This document shows positions 10,606-20,886 of a stretch of DNA of 64,000 bases, piece after piece; position 1 is the first letter of the stretch, and each line of letters begins with the position of its first letter. The notes below the pieces were generated by a model. The model was not told the origin of the DNA. It saw nothing but the letters and a program-made list of their open reading frames with translations, and searched no databases. A program made the translations under genes and the position numbers. The stretch spans positions 1 to 64,000 of the forward strand of contig JAHPZE010000010.1 of assembly GCA_019058365.1 (NCBI GenBank), in the 5' to 3' direction. Source of the DNA: Promethearchaeota archaeon. Lineage in GTDB: Archaea > Asgardarchaeota > Lokiarchaeia > Sigyniarchaeales > SOKP01.

Positions 10606-12444
10606 ATGCAGCGCAGAAAAGTAAATAATATAAATAACATATATGTAGAATTTACTCCGGGAAAAGATCCTTTTGAAAAAGCACGGCAGAAAGGATCAAG
10701 AACATGGATATTATCACATATATTTCATGGATCTAATAAACTTTTTATAATTATTGTGTTATTTACTACTATTCTAGCAGCTAATTTATCCTCAATAACT
10801 CTAGTTGTCATAGGAAATGCTATAACGGATTTTTTAATCGGTAAGCAATCAAGTTTACTATTTTATACAATAATTATATTATTATTAAGTATAGGAACTC
10901 CTATATTGCGTTTAGTCAATTATATGCTACGAGAAGTCATAGCGCAAAGGTTAGAAAGGGATTGTCGTAAAGAATTCTATTCTAACCTTCTTGGTAAAAG
11001 CCAATCATTTCATGATCAACAGAAAATTGGAGAATTGATGGCTCGTGCTACGGATGATGTTCGAACAATGAATTTTTTGATCAGCCCCGCAATTTCCTTA
11101 ATATTTGAGTCCTTTACATCTTTAATAATCCCTATTTTCTATATAATCGCGTTTTATCCTTCACAATTGATTTTAACTCCATTAATTTTTTCAATTTTAT
11201 TTTCTTTTTCTCTAAAATCTTATATTAAAAAAATTGGACCAGTGACAGGAAAATTAAGAAGTTTTTATGGGATGATGAATGCAACATTAAATGAAGCGCT
11301 TACTGGAATTGAAGTTGTTAAAGCAACTGCTCAAGAAAAGAGAGAAAGTCAAAAATACTTTGAAAATGCTAATAATTATCGAAATGCATATGTTGAAGAA
11401 GGAGATATTGAAGCAAAATATCTCCCAATACTAATTCTAGCCTTAACAATCACTGGTGGGCTAATACATGCTATAATCCTCAATTATTTGGGTCTGTTGA
11501 ATATTGGACAAATAATTGGGTATTTAGGATTATTAGCATTATTACGTTTTCCTACATTTATCTCTATTTTTGTCTTTGCAATCATTCGGCTTGCAATTTC
11601 AAGTGCTCAGAGATTACTTGAATTTATGAATAAAAAAACAGAAATTGATGAAAATATTGAGGGTTATATAAAGGAAATTGAAGGATCTATTAAATTCGAA
11701 AATGTATCTTTTAGGTATCCTGGAGCTGAAAAACCAGTATTAAAGAATATAAGTTTTGAAGTTAAACCTAGTCAAACATTAGCGATTGTAGGAACTACGG
11801 GTTCAGGTAAAACAACTTTAACAAAATTGATTTCTCGATTATATGACGTTGATCAAGGAAGGATTTTGATTGATAATGTTGATATTCGTAAATATGCCTT
11901 AAAATCATTAAGAAATCAAATTTCTTATGTAGATCAAGATGTATTTTTATTTTCTACAACTATTTTTGAAAATATCTCATTTGGTCGTACAGGGTCGATT
12001 GAGCAAATCATTGAAGTTGCTAAAGAAGCTCAAGCACACGAATTTATCTCTAATTTACCAAACCAATATTATTCTGAAGTTGGAGAGAGGGGTGTTCAAT
12101 TAAGTGGGGGTGAAAGACAAAGAATTGCTATTGCTCGTGCCTTTCTTGTAAATCCTAAGATCTTAATCTTAGATGATTCTACATCAGCAATAGATTCTAA
12201 TACAGAAGATAAAATTCAGAGAGCCATTCGAAATATCCTTATAAATCGAACAACAATTCTTATCACACATCGTTTAAGTCAAATTCGATGGGCTGATTTA
12301 ATAATTGTATTGAAAAAAGGAGAGATCGTTGCAAAAGGAACTCATGAAGAATTATTAAAAACTTCAGAAGAATATCAACGAATTTTTGTAAAAAAATTTG
12401 ATGTTGAAATTGATACATTAATTAAAAAATGCGAGGAGGTCTAA
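10606..12444 (+). CDS. ABC exporter half-transporter (TMD-NBD), degenerate Walker B
   Basis: TM helices, GTTGSGKT, LSGGERQR, ILILDD. Confidence 0.93.
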   Translation: MQRRKVNNINNIYVEFTPGKDPFEKARQKGSRTWILSHIFHGSNKLFIIIVLFTTILAANLSSITLVVIGNAITDFLIGKQSSLLFYTIIILLLSIGTPILRLVNYMLREVIAQRLERDCRKEFYSNLLGKSQSFHDQQKIGELMARATDDVRTMNFLISPAISLIFESFTSLIIPIFYIIAFYPSQLILTPLIFSILFSFSLKSYIKKIGPVTGKLRSFYGMMNATLNEALTGIEVVKATAQEKRESQKYFENANNYRNAYVEEGDIEAKYLPILILALTITGGLIHAIILNYLGLLNIGQIIGYLGLLALLRFPTFISIFVFAIIRLAISSAQRLLEFMNKKTEIDENIEGYIKEIEGSIKFENVSFRYPGAEKPVLKNISFEVKPSQTLAIVGTTGSGKTTLTKLISRLYDVDQGRILIDNVDIRKYALKSLRNQISYVDQDVFLFSTTIFENISFGRTGSIEQIIEVAKEAQAHEFISNLPNQYYSEVGERGVQLSGGERQRIAIARAFLVNPKILILDDSTSAIDSNTEDKIQRAIRNILINRTTILITHRLSQIRWADLIIVLKKGEIVAKGTHEELLKTSEEYQRIFVKKFDVEIDTLIKKCEEV

Positions 12445-12448
12445 AAAA

Positions 12449-14263
12449 ATGGCATATGGGTGGAACTTAGAGGCCGAGGAGTATGATAGAACCTTCTCTG
12501 ACAGAGTTTTGTTAAAGCGTATATTCTCTTATTTTGGGCCATATAAACGTTCAATGACAATCGTTATTTTGACAATAGTTATCTCATCTATTACATCTGC
12601 TTTTGTGCCCGTTTTAACCAGTATAATTATTAATAACTTAGAGACAAATAGAAATGCTTTCTATATATTCATTGTAATAATTATTATTCTTATTTTTAAT
12701 TTATTAAGCTATCTATTTAATTACATTCAGCAACGATATGCATTTCGAGTTATAGGCGGTGTTGTTTTAGATCTAAGAAAAGATGCCGTAGATGCTGTTT
12801 TAAATCATGATCTTTCCTTTTTTGACAGAAATCCAACAGGTAAAATAGTTAGTCGCGTCAATTCAGATAGTGACACTTTCGGAACAACAGTTGATTTATC
12901 TGTTCAATTAATATCATCAGTTTTGATTGTCATCTTTTTAATTATTATAATGTTTTTTATAAATATTCTATTAACTTTAGCAATAATCATAGCAGTTCCA
13001 GCATTTTTCGTGTTAGCATTATCATTTCGAAAAATAGCAAGAAAAAAAACGTTATTGGGCCAAAGAGCTTTAGCATCTGTTAATGATTTTGTTAAGGAAA
13101 GTTTTTCTGGCATTCAAATAGCAAAAACATTTCGTCAAGAAGAAAAATTATATGAACAGTTCAATAAAGTAAACGATACTTCTTATAAGGTTAATTTAAG
13201 AAGAGCCTTTATATTGAATGCCATCTTCCCTTCATTAGGAATAATACAAGGAATTGTATTAACTTTATTAGTACTTCTCGGGGGTAATAACGTTTTAGGA
13301 GGAACGATAAGTGCTGGAGAACTGAATCTCTTTCTTCAAGGCGTTAATTATTTATTTTTTCCTTTATTAACGATTGCTTCATTTTGGCCAACCTTTCAAG
13401 CAGGTATGGCCGCTTCTGAGCGTATTTTTTCTTTAATAGATACAATACCATTGATAATTCAAAATGATAATATTAAGCCTTCTAGATTAAAGGGGAATTT
13501 AGAAATTAGAAATTTAGTATTCCATTATGAAAAAAATAAAAATGTTTTTGATAATTTTAGTTTATCAATTAAGTCTGGAGAATCAATCGCAATTGTTGGG
13601 CATACGGGTGCTGGAAAATCTAGCCTAGCTAAATTATTAGCGAGATTCTATGAATTTCAAGGAGGAGATATTTCAGTAGATGGTATAAGCATAAGAAATT
13701 ATAATCTTAAAGATTACCGAAGACAAATTGGAATTATTCCTCAAACACCATTTCTTTTTGCAGATTCAATTGAAAATAATATAAAATATTGTTGTATAGG
13801 CGCTAAAAAAGAAGAAGTTTATAATTCATTAAATGTAACCAGTGGGTCTGATTGGATTGAAGATTTATCAAAGGGATTAGAAACCGATACTGGGGAAAGG
13901 GGTAGTCGCCTTTCAATGGGTCAAAGACAATTAGTAGTTTTTGCCCGTGTTCTATTAGAAAATCCTGCTATACTCATCTTAGATGAAGCTACTGCTTCAG
14001 TAGATCCCTTCACTGAAACTAGAATACAAGATGCTCTACAGAAGACAATAGAAGGGCGTACATCAATTATCATTGCTCATCGTCTTTGGACAGTGCGCCA
14101 CGTAGATAGGATTATTGTGCTTGATCATGGGAAAATTATAGAAGAGGGTAATCATGATGAATTAATGGCTAAAGGTGGAATGTATGCTGAACTTTATGAT
14201 ACCTATTTTCGCCATCAATCACTGGAATATATAGAACAATTAAAGGAAAAAAGACTTGCCTGA
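12449..14263 (+). CDS. ABC exporter half-transporter (TMD-NBD), partner subunit
   Basis: GHTGAGKS, LSMGQRQ, ILILDE, H-loop IAHR; heterodimeric exporter pattern. Confidence 0.93.
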   Translation: MAYGWNLEAEEYDRTFSDRVLLKRIFSYFGPYKRSMTIVILTIVISSITSAFVPVLTSIIINNLETNRNAFYIFIVIIIILIFNLLSYLFNYIQQRYAFRVIGGVVLDLRKDAVDAVLNHDLSFFDRNPTGKIVSRVNSDSDTFGTTVDLSVQLISSVLIVIFLIIIMFFINILLTLAIIIAVPAFFVLALSFRKIARKKTLLGQRALASVNDFVKESFSGIQIAKTFRQEEKLYEQFNKVNDTSYKVNLRRAFILNAIFPSLGIIQGIVLTLLVLLGGNNVLGGTISAGELNLFLQGVNYLFFPLLTIASFWPTFQAGMAASERIFSLIDTIPLIIQNDNIKPSRLKGNLEIRNLVFHYEKNKNVFDNFSLSIKSGESIAIVGHTGAGKSSLAKLLARFYEFQGGDISVDGISIRNYNLKDYRRQIGIIPQTPFLFADSIENNIKYCCIGAKKEEVYNSLNVTSGSDWIEDLSKGLETDTGERGSRLSMGQRQLVVFARVLLENPAILILDEATASVDPFTETRIQDALQKTIEGRTSIIIAHRLWTVRHVDRIIVLDHGKIIEEGNHDELMAKGGMYAELYDTYFRHQSLEYIEQLKEKRLA

Positions 14264-14705
14264 TAAAGAAAAAATTCTTGAAAATTACATAGAACCCGAT
14301 ATTACAATAGAATATATCTTTATTGAGAAAGCTGATAAACAAATAAAGCCAATAAATGACGATCAAGGATATCTAAAGGGCTTTTTCAATCTTTTTATCT
14401 CAGGAAAATTAAAGAATGATAATCTTATAAATTTTAAGCAAAGATTATTACAGGAATTAAATTACTGCGAAAAGACTTATGATCATTTTAAATCAGAAGA
14501 AATAAATTTAGATGATTATAAATTTGGGCTTATAGATAATGAAAAAAGTGTTGTCGAATTTAATGAAATGGATGAAGAATTTTTTCAAGCTTTGTTAGCT
14601 TCACTTAGAAATTTAATGATTGTAGGGAAAAATTTCGATATTGAAAAATTCAAGTTTCATGAGATCTTTAATCGTTGGTTAGAAAAGTATACCAATAGGT
14701 TGTAA
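14256..14705 (+). CDS. Hypothetical protein (149 aa)
   Basis: ORF overlapping the ABC gene end by 8 nt; TTG start. Confidence 0.65.
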   Translation: MPDKEKILENYIEPDITIEYIFIEKADKQIKPINDDQGYLKGFFNLFISGKLKNDNLINFKQRLLQELNYCEKTYDHFKSEEINLDDYKFGLIDNEKSVVEFNEMDEEFFQALLASLRNLMIVGKNFDIEKFKFHEIFNRWLEKYTNRL

Positions 14706-14727
14706 CTGTTATTTATTAGTCAGTTTG

Positions 14728-16383
14728 CTAATTTTCAAATTCAATTTTTTTTAAAACAGGATATCTTCTACCAATTCCAAAAGCGCTTTCACTTACTCTA
14801 ACTGTCTGCACTAATTGTCTTCTTTTATATTCCGAGTTTAGATAGAGATTTCTTACTTTATTGATAGTATCAATATCAAATCCTTTCTCCTTTAAATTTT
14901 TATGCTCGAACCCAATTCCATTCTTAATAATTTCCTTTAGTATAGCATCTAAAATCTCATATGGTGGTAAGGAATCACTATCTTTCTGATTCTCACGTAA
15001 TTCAGCAGTTGGTGGTCTTATTATTATCCCTTCAGGAATTATTTCTTTCTTCTGATTTATCCAGTGACAAACATCGTAAATTTGTACCTTTAATAGATCT
15101 CCAGGAACATTTTTACCACCACTTGTATCACCATATAAAGTACAATAACCCACTGCAATCTCTGATTTATTTCCTGTCGATACTAATAGCCAATTAAACT
15201 TATTTGAATAATACATTAAAATATTGGCTCTAATACGTGCTTGGAGATTTTCATCAGCTATATTAAACGTATATTTACCAAGATTTTTCTCCATTTCTTT
15301 TTCATATGCGTCAAAAAGTATATCTATAGGATATATTATATATTTAATTTTAAGATTCTTGCACAACTTTTGAGCTAATTTAATACTCTCTTGAGACGTA
15401 AATCTTGTTGGCATCATAATACATGTTACTTTTCCAGATCCTAATGCTGTAGCACATATATATGCTGTAAAAGCGGAGTCAATTCCTCCACTTAAACCTA
15501 ATACCACTCCCTTAAATATACCACTTTTATGAAAATAATCATGTAAATTCAGCTGGAGTGCTTTAATTACCTCATTTCTCCAATCCATTTCGTAAGTAAA
15601 TACGCTTTCTAAGGGAGATCCTTGTATTTCGACCTCAACCATTGGGAAATCTTCTTCAAATTCCTTCGCTTTGAAAATAATTTGACCGTATTTATTTGTA
15701 ATGAAACTTTGGCCATCATATACTATTTCATCTATTCCACCGACCATATTAACATAGATGATTGGTATCGAAAGCTTTTTAGATTTTCTACATATTAGAT
15801 TTGCTCTTAGTTTAAATTTGTTGATATGATAAGGAGAGGCATTTATAACAATTAAGATTTCGGCCCCATTATTTACAAGGTTCTCAGCAACTTTGGTTTC
15901 ATAATGTTCATCCCATATATCTTCACATATTAAAATTCCACAATTTACATCTTTAATATTGATTGGTTCAAATTTATCATCAAAAGAAAAATATCTTCTC
16001 TCATCAAAAACGTCATAATTAGGCAATAATCGTTTGTTTTCAATATGTATTAATTTGTTTCCTTCAATAACTAGAGCAGAATTGTAGAAATATTGGATTC
16101 TATCCTTCAATTCCAATGGTTGTGTGAATGTCCCTAAAACTATTGTTGCTTTGGAGTTTAAATTCTTTATATTTTCAATTGCTATCTGATTTTTTTCCTG
16201 AATTAAAGGATCAAGTATATGATCCATAAGAGGATAACCCACTAAAGACATTTCAGGAAATATAATAATATCAGCACTTTGATTATTTTGAATTATCTCC
16301 GCAATTTTTTTCTCATTAAATTCAATATCTCCCACAACTGGATTTATTTGAGCTATTGTAACTTTTAAAACTGAATTTGACAT
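14728..16383 (-). CDS. nadE: Glutamine-dependent NAD+ synthetase
   Basis: Nitrilase domain (FPE, LPNYDVFDE.RYF, ICED) plus GLSGGIDS, ENLQARIR, TGNKSE, YCTLYGD. Confidence 0.96.
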   Translation of the reverse strand: MSNSVLKVTIAQINPVVGDIEFNEKKIAEIIQNNQSADIIIFPEMSLVGYPLMDHILDPLIQEKNQIAIENIKNLNSKATIVLGTFTQPLELKDRIQYFYNSALVIEGNKLIHIENKRLLPNYDVFDERRYFSFDDKFEPINIKDVNCGILICEDIWDEHYETKVAENLVNNGAEILIVINASPYHINKFKLRANLICRKSKKLSIPIIYVNMVGGIDEIVYDGQSFITNKYGQIIFKAKEFEEDFPMVEVEIQGSPLESVFTYEMDWRNEVIKALQLNLHDYFHKSGIFKGVVLGLSGGIDSAFTAYICATALGSGKVTCIMMPTRFTSQESIKLAQKLCKNLKIKYIIYPIDILFDAYEKEMEKNLGKYTFNIADENLQARIRANILMYYSNKFNWLLVSTGNKSEIAVGYCTLYGDTSGGKNVPGDLLKVQIYDVCHWINQKKEIIPEGIIIRPPTAELRENQKDSDSLPPYEILDAILKEIIKNGIGFEHKNLKEKGFDIDTINKVRNLYLNSEYKRRQLVQTVRVSESAFGIGRRYPVLKKIEFEN

Positions 16384-16478
16384 CTCTAAATCAATTTAAA
16401 AAAATTCTAATTATGTATTTATTAAAAAATCCCATTATGTATTTAAAGCTAATCAGTAAATAATTATCTAATTTTTTT

Positions 16479-17663
16479 TTATGAAACAATATTATCATTT
16501 TTAGTTTTTTTTAGATTTTGGATAAATTTTGGAAGAAAATCATACAAATCGGTTACTATTCCAAAATCTGCAATATCAAAAATAGGAGCTCGTTCATCTT
16601 TATTTATAGCAACAATAATATCGGAAGTTTCCATACCAACTCGATGTTGCACAGCTCCAGATATTCCACAGGCAATATATAAATGAGGCTGTACAACTTT
16701 GCCAGACATTCCAACTTGAACAGTAGGATCAGCCCATCCAGCATCAACGGCAGGTCTACTTGCAGCAATTACTCCGTTTAATTCATCAGCAAGTTCTTGC
16801 AGTAAAATAAAACCTTCTTTTTTACCTAATCCTAATCCTCCTGAAACTATAATATCAGCACTTCCTATGTCAGAGTGATTGTTATATCTCATTTCTCTTA
16901 ATGTTATAATTCTTGATTTTATGGATTCTGCATTTACATGGTGGTTGATTACACTTCCCCCTCCTTTTTTCTTCTCCATTTTTTTCATGACTTTTGGGCG
17001 TACAGTAGCCATTTGTGGTCGCGAAAATGGGCATATTATGGAAGCCATGATATTTCCTCCAAATGCAGGTCTAGTTTGCAATAATAAACCTTCCTTATTT
17101 ATCTCTAGATCAGTACAATCTGCAGTTAATCCTGTTTTAAGTTTCGCAGCTATTCTAGGGCCTAATTCTCGCCCAATGGAGGTTGCACCTATTAAAAAAA
17201 TACTTGGTTTTATATTTTTAACGAAATTGGAAATTATTTCTGAATAAATTTCACAATTAAACATCTCGAGGATATTATTGTTAAAGTAATGTATCTCATC
17301 TGCTCCATAAAATTTTAAATCATTGACTCCTTTTACTGAATTTCCTAAGACAACGCACAAAAGAGATTCATTAAGTTTATCAGCTAATGTTTTACCCTTA
17401 CCTAATAACTCATACACAACTTCTAAAATTTTTCCATCTCGTTGTTCCCCGAAAATGAGGACACCTTTCCAATCAGTAGTTTTCTTCTTTTTTTTTCGTT
17501 TAATGATTATAGCGTTATACTGGCAAATTTTGGCACATGCTCCACACAATCGACAGTCTTCTGAAATTGAGGGATAATTATCCTTAAGAGACATAGAGCC
17601 AAATATACATGCATCGACGCACTCACCACATCCAATGCATTTATCACGATCAATATGAATCAT
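16479..17663 (-). CDS. etfA: Electron transfer flavoprotein alpha subunit with N-terminal 2x[4Fe-4S] ferredoxin
   Basis: CIGCGECVDAC and CRLCGACAKIC; GLTADCT, RPAFGGN, QVG.SG, GISGAVQH. Confidence 0.93.
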   Translation of the reverse strand: MIHIDRDKCIGCGECVDACIFGSMSLKDNYPSISEDCRLCGACAKICQYNAIIIKRKKKKKTTDWKGVLIFGEQRDGKILEVVYELLGKGKTLADKLNESLLCVVLGNSVKGVNDLKFYGADEIHYFNNNILEMFNCEIYSEIISNFVKNIKPSIFLIGATSIGRELGPRIAAKLKTGLTADCTDLEINKEGLLLQTRPAFGGNIMASIICPFSRPQMATVRPKVMKKMEKKKGGGSVINHHVNAESIKSRIITLREMRYNNHSDIGSADIIVSGGLGLGKKEGFILLQELADELNGVIAASRPAVDAGWADPTVQVGMSGKVVQPHLYIACGISGAVQHRVGMETSDIIVAINKDERAPIFDIADFGIVTDLYDFLPKFIQNLKKTKNDNIVS

Positions 17664-18454
17664 TAAAATGACACCATCTTCTTATTTTTTAAAAATTGTA
17701 CCAATTTAATGATATTTTGATCAAAACAACCTTTTAAAATTACTCCTTGCTTTCTTTTATCTGGAAGAAATACCTCTACTACTCTGGTTGGGGAACCTTC
17801 GAGTCCACAATGATCTTCTATAGCATTAACTTCGGAAGCATTAAGTATTTTTAATGGCTTTCTCTCAGCTTCAACCTTTCCAATTAAAGTAGGCATTCGA
17901 GGTATGTTAGCACCCTTTACAATTGAGATAAGACAAGGTAAAGAGACTTGTAAAATTTGACTTCTATCTTCTAAAAGTCTTTCAACTTCAATATTAGTAT
18001 TTTGATATTTGAGTATTTTATTGACATAATACACACTTGGTATATCAAGAATTTCCGCTAAATTTGCCCCTACTTGACCAGTGTCACCATCAGTAGTTTT
18101 TATTCCACAGATGATTAAATCATAATAACCAAGCGTTTTGATACCACATGAAAGGGCGTAGGATGTGGCTAATGTGTCTGATCCCGCAAATTTTATATCT
18201 GATAGTAAATATGCCTCATCAGCTCCCAAAGCTAAACCAAAATGAAGAGTGTTGATCGCATCTTTTGGTCCCATACTCAGTAAAGTAATTTTTCCCCCAT
18301 ATTTTTCCTTTAACCGTAGAGCTTCTTCAAGAACAAACATATCAAAAGGATTTATAGTACCTGCTATTCCTTCTCGAATAATTCGACCTGTTTCTGGATC
18401 CGTTTTCACTTCATCAGTATCAGGAACTTGTTTTAAACAAACTATTATATTCAT
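17663..18454 (-). CDS. etfB: Electron transfer flavoprotein beta subunit
   Basis: MNIIVCLKQVPD, INPFD, GSDTLAT, DGDTGQVG, GLEGSPT. Confidence 0.95.
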   Translation of the reverse strand: MNIIVCLKQVPDTDEVKTDPETGRIIREGIAGTINPFDMFVLEEALRLKEKYGGKITLLSMGPKDAINTLHFGLALGADEAYLLSDIKFAGSDTLATSYALSCGIKTLGYYDLIICGIKTTDGDTGQVGANLAEILDIPSVYYVNKILKYQNTNIEVERLLEDRSQILQVSLPCLISIVKGANIPRMPTLIGKVEAERKPLKILNASEVNAIEDHCGLEGSPTRVVEVFLPDKRKQGVILKGCFDQNIIKLVQFLKNKKMVSF

Positions 18455-20886
18455 TTTAAAACCTCTGTGCTCCCAACAACTATTTTTCTATACACTTCAT
18501 TTGGAGACTTGATTTGATTGTTTACGGTTAATAAATCATCAATTTTAATGCCAAATAATCTTTCATTTTCTTGTAAATAAGGTTTAATGAGATTCCAATC
18601 TTGATTTGAAAGATTGGCAAAAGTCCCTCCATTGAGTTGACTTTTTGAAGTTTTATTAAATGGATCACGAATGTAAATGGCCCCACCTGACGCTAGAGAA
18701 AATAAATTTCCTCCTGGATAAGGTTCTGGATATTCTTCTAATAAACCATTTGCATTTAAACTTATTCCATTTAAAATAACAAAACCGCCATCGCGGAAAA
18801 CATCACCTGCCATAAAGGATTCAGCCAAATAATCCAAGCAACTTCCGTTAATGATAACACGAGGATTTCCAACCGCATTTATAAGAGCCCTCCCTGCCGC
18901 ATTTCCTCTCACATAGCAAATACCTCCTTTGGCTCCATAAAGAAATGTTTGTCCAACATCCCCATATATAACAAGTTTTCCTGATTTCATAATCTGACCA
19001 CATTGATCTTGTCCATTAGAATGCACAAAAACTTCAGAATTAGTTATACCTGATCCTAAATAATCACCGGGAGAACCATATACATCAATTCTAATTGGTT
19101 TTGAATGATATCCAAAACCACAAGCACAAAATCTTTGTCCTCTAAGGTTAAACACAATAAAATTCACCCATCCCCTATTAAAGGCTTTAACCAATATTGA
19201 AGCTACACTTGTAGGTCCTTCTGAAGTAAAATCTTTACCATCAATGATTAAACATTGATCACTTGAATCAGGAATAGGGATGGATGAAGAATGAAAACTG
19301 AAGAACTTAAATAACTCTGAACTTTTTGAAATTCCACGAAAGATTGAATATAATGTTTTATGATATAATGCTAAAAGATTACTTCTTTTTTTTTCCCCTA
19401 TTGAATACACTTGATCAATTAAATTAGTTAAAAGTTTAATAGTTTCTTGAAATTGAGAATCTCCTTTTTTAGCATAAAGTTCTGAAGATTTTAAAAAACC
19501 TAATATTTCTCCGTAATCCATACTGGCAAATTCCTTAATAATTGAATTAAAATCAGGATTAAATTGACAATCCTTAAGTGTTTTAGTTTTTAAAGGAACT
19601 CTTTTTGGAATCTTAATTTTTTTACCAAACTTATCTGTACAAGATAAATTATTATTCTTCAGGGTAAATAAAAAAGCACCTCCATCAGTATAACTCCCAC
19701 CACGAGCATTCCAATATAAATCAGCTATGGAACAATATCTATCATCTTCTTCTGAAATACTTAAGAGAATTGAATCAATTGCTTGCTTTTCAGAAGCTAT
19801 AATGCCAATTTTTACTTCATCGTTTTCCTGAAGAGCAAATACTTGCGGTCTCAACATAGATGTATCAGTAATACCCAGTAATTGGAATTGATCCTCCACA
19901 TCATCATTTCTGGCAACAATAAAAAACCAAGGACCATCAGGAGAATTTTGGACATGATAACTTTGAATAAGTTGATAAATATGTTGCTTTTCAGCTGTAA
20001 GCATAGCAAAATCTCTTTCAGTCGTAGGTGCAAAAGCTTCAATTGCATATTCTAAAGGATATTCGTAAATTCTTGTCCATAGATCAAATAATAACGCAGC
20101 TACTTCAGTATCCGTTGAAAATAATGGCTCTCTTCCATTTTGAATAAGATATTCGCAAATAGAATGATAATTGGCAAAATCTCCGTTATGCACTAAAGCC
20201 TCTTTCAATCCAATAAAAGGGTGAGCACCACCTGGGTGCCAGACTCTCCCTCTGGTCGGATATCTTTGATGTCCCACCCAAAGATGAGCTTTTAAATCCA
20301 TTAAATTGTAATAGTCAATAGCTTCTTCAGCATATCCTACAATCTTAAAAACAATCATATTTTTTCCATGACATAAAACGAAAGCTTCTTGAGCGCTATA
20401 TTCACTATAGAATTTTTTATTTATCTGAAAACTATTTAAAAATACAAACTCATCTTCAGCTTTATTGGTATATTTAAAATTATTTTTTTTCATGAATTTC
20501 TTTAAAACTGGCTTTTTTACACAACAGAAATATCTATATACTTCAGGGGGAATTATTTCAAGCTTACTTGAATTATGATTTTTAGTTTTGATTTTGTAAT
20601 AAGTGAAAACATCAAAATTATTAAAAATAAATTGAGATTCCACATTTTCACGTATTTCAGGTTTAAGGTAAGCAATCTGTATTAAATAATTTGTTTTTAG
20701 AATCTCTTCTGTTACATTAAGTTGAGAGGCTTCTAAGCCCATGGCAATAACGCCTCCACCTTTTCCATTTCCTCTATTATGCATTTGAATGCAAGGAGGC
20801 AATAAGTGTTTACCTGAAATTTTCTCAGTTGAACAAAACCCAACAACTCCACATCCCCCTTCAGTTTCCTTTTTCATAACCTTCAT
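18451..20886 (-). CDS. Glutamate synthase amidotransferase (class II GATase) fused to GXGXG domain (GltB1+GltB3-like)
   Basis: EGGCGVVG N-terminal Cys, HQRYPT, AHPF, HNGD, DTE; C-terminal G-rich beta-helix repeats. Confidence 0.85.
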   Translation of the reverse strand: MKVMKKETEGGCGVVGFCSTEKISGKHLLPPCIQMHNRGNGKGGGVIAMGLEASQLNVTEEILKTNYLIQIAYLKPEIRENVESQFIFNNFDVFTYYKIKTKNHNSSKLEIIPPEVYRYFCCVKKPVLKKFMKKNNFKYTNKAEDEFVFLNSFQINKKFYSEYSAQEAFVLCHGKNMIVFKIVGYAEEAIDYYNLMDLKAHLWVGHQRYPTRGRVWHPGGAHPFIGLKEALVHNGDFANYHSICEYLIQNGREPLFSTDTEVAALLFDLWTRIYEYPLEYAIEAFAPTTERDFAMLTAEKQHIYQLIQSYHVQNSPDGPWFFIVARNDDVEDQFQLLGITDTSMLRPQVFALQENDEVKIGIIASEKQAIDSILLSISEEDDRYCSIADLYWNARGGSYTDGGAFLFTLKNNNLSCTDKFGKKIKIPKRVPLKTKTLKDCQFNPDFNSIIKEFASMDYGEILGFLKSSELYAKKGDSQFQETIKLLTNLIDQVYSIGEKKRSNLLALYHKTLYSIFRGISKSSELFKFFSFHSSSIPIPDSSDQCLIIDGKDFTSEGPTSVASILVKAFNRGWVNFIVFNLRGQRFCACGFGYHSKPIRIDVYGSPGDYLGSGITNSEVFVHSNGQDQCGQIMKSGKLVIYGDVGQTFLYGAKGGICYVRGNAAGRALINAVGNPRVIINGSCLDYLAESFMAGDVFRDGGFVILNGISLNANGLLEEYPEPYPGGNLFSLASGGAIYIRDPFNKTSKSQLNGGTFANLSNQDWNLIKPYLQENERLFGIKIDDLLTVNNQIKSPNEVYRKIVVGSTEVLK